A stretch of 64,000 bases of DNA from Octopus bimaculoides (lineage: Eukaryota), in NCBI RefSeq assembly GCF_001194135.2, contig NC_068988.1, positions 69,046,080-69,110,079 on the forward strand, in the 5' to 3' direction. Below the pieces are notes generated by a model. It made no database searches and had not been told where the DNA came from. It saw nothing but the letters and a program-made list of their open reading frames with translations. Both the position numbers and the translations under genes were made by a program. Numbering within the stretch: the stretch's first letter is position 1; every line of letters begins with the position of its first letter. This document shows positions 63,735-64,000 of the stretch, in pieces.

Positions 63735-64000
63735 ATCACCCCCTCCACCGGAAGTTCATTCCTCTGTCATCCTGTCAACCTCGGCTGTCTCCCAGAACCC
63801 ATCTAGTGGCCTTGGCCATCCTCTCCCCTACCTTTGGGTAGCGCATTAAGTTTGAGAAATGTTTGCAGGTTGTAGGTACTGTTTTGCTTATGAATTCTTC
63901 CAATTGCAAGTTTTCTTTTCAGGTACACGACACTGCTTTTCCCCTTCCCAGGCTACAGGCCCACACCCCCAACACCCATACTGTTAGGATTGGCACTCTC
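63735..64000 (+). mobile_element. Probable 5' end of an RTE-clade LINE (continues beyond the window)
   Basis: GC-richer leader after (TA)n; the window ends at ACT GTT AGG ATT GGC ACT CTC = TVRIGTL, like the start of an APE domain (R.GTLNV). Confidence 0.55.

Overview
AT-rich, microsatellite-dense eukaryotic DNA with 11 N-gaps. The repeat families look cephalopod, most likely Octopus (my inference from the SINE/LINE set, not a database result). I cannot confidently identify a host protein-coding gene and see no rRNA, true tRNA gene or CRISPR array; most ORFs in the track are translations of microsatellites or transposon relics. The window contains: nine fragments of R4/Dong-like (restriction-like endonuclease) LINEs, most recognisable ends of which abut (AAT)n; several tRNA-derived SINE families; RTE and CR1-type LINE pieces; a Penelope-like GIY-YIG fragment; a Ty3/Gypsy integrase fragment; two decayed mariners; a pseudogenised Tc1 with DD36E spacing; a piggyBac-like MITE; two fold-back MITEs; and a Helentron-like terminus. 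I found no demonstrably new biological system. The best leads are (1) the DD36E (Incomer-like) Tc1, (2) a partial hammerhead motif inside a perfect 29-bp inverted repeat, (3) a fixed-length, promoter-less element sharing (AAT)n sites with the R4/Dong LINEs, (4) a roughly 332-bp insertion with no target-site duplication (TSD) and a palindrome near each end, and (5) a few phase-compatible candidate + strand exons of an unidentified gene. Element boundaries are approximate unless termini are quoted.
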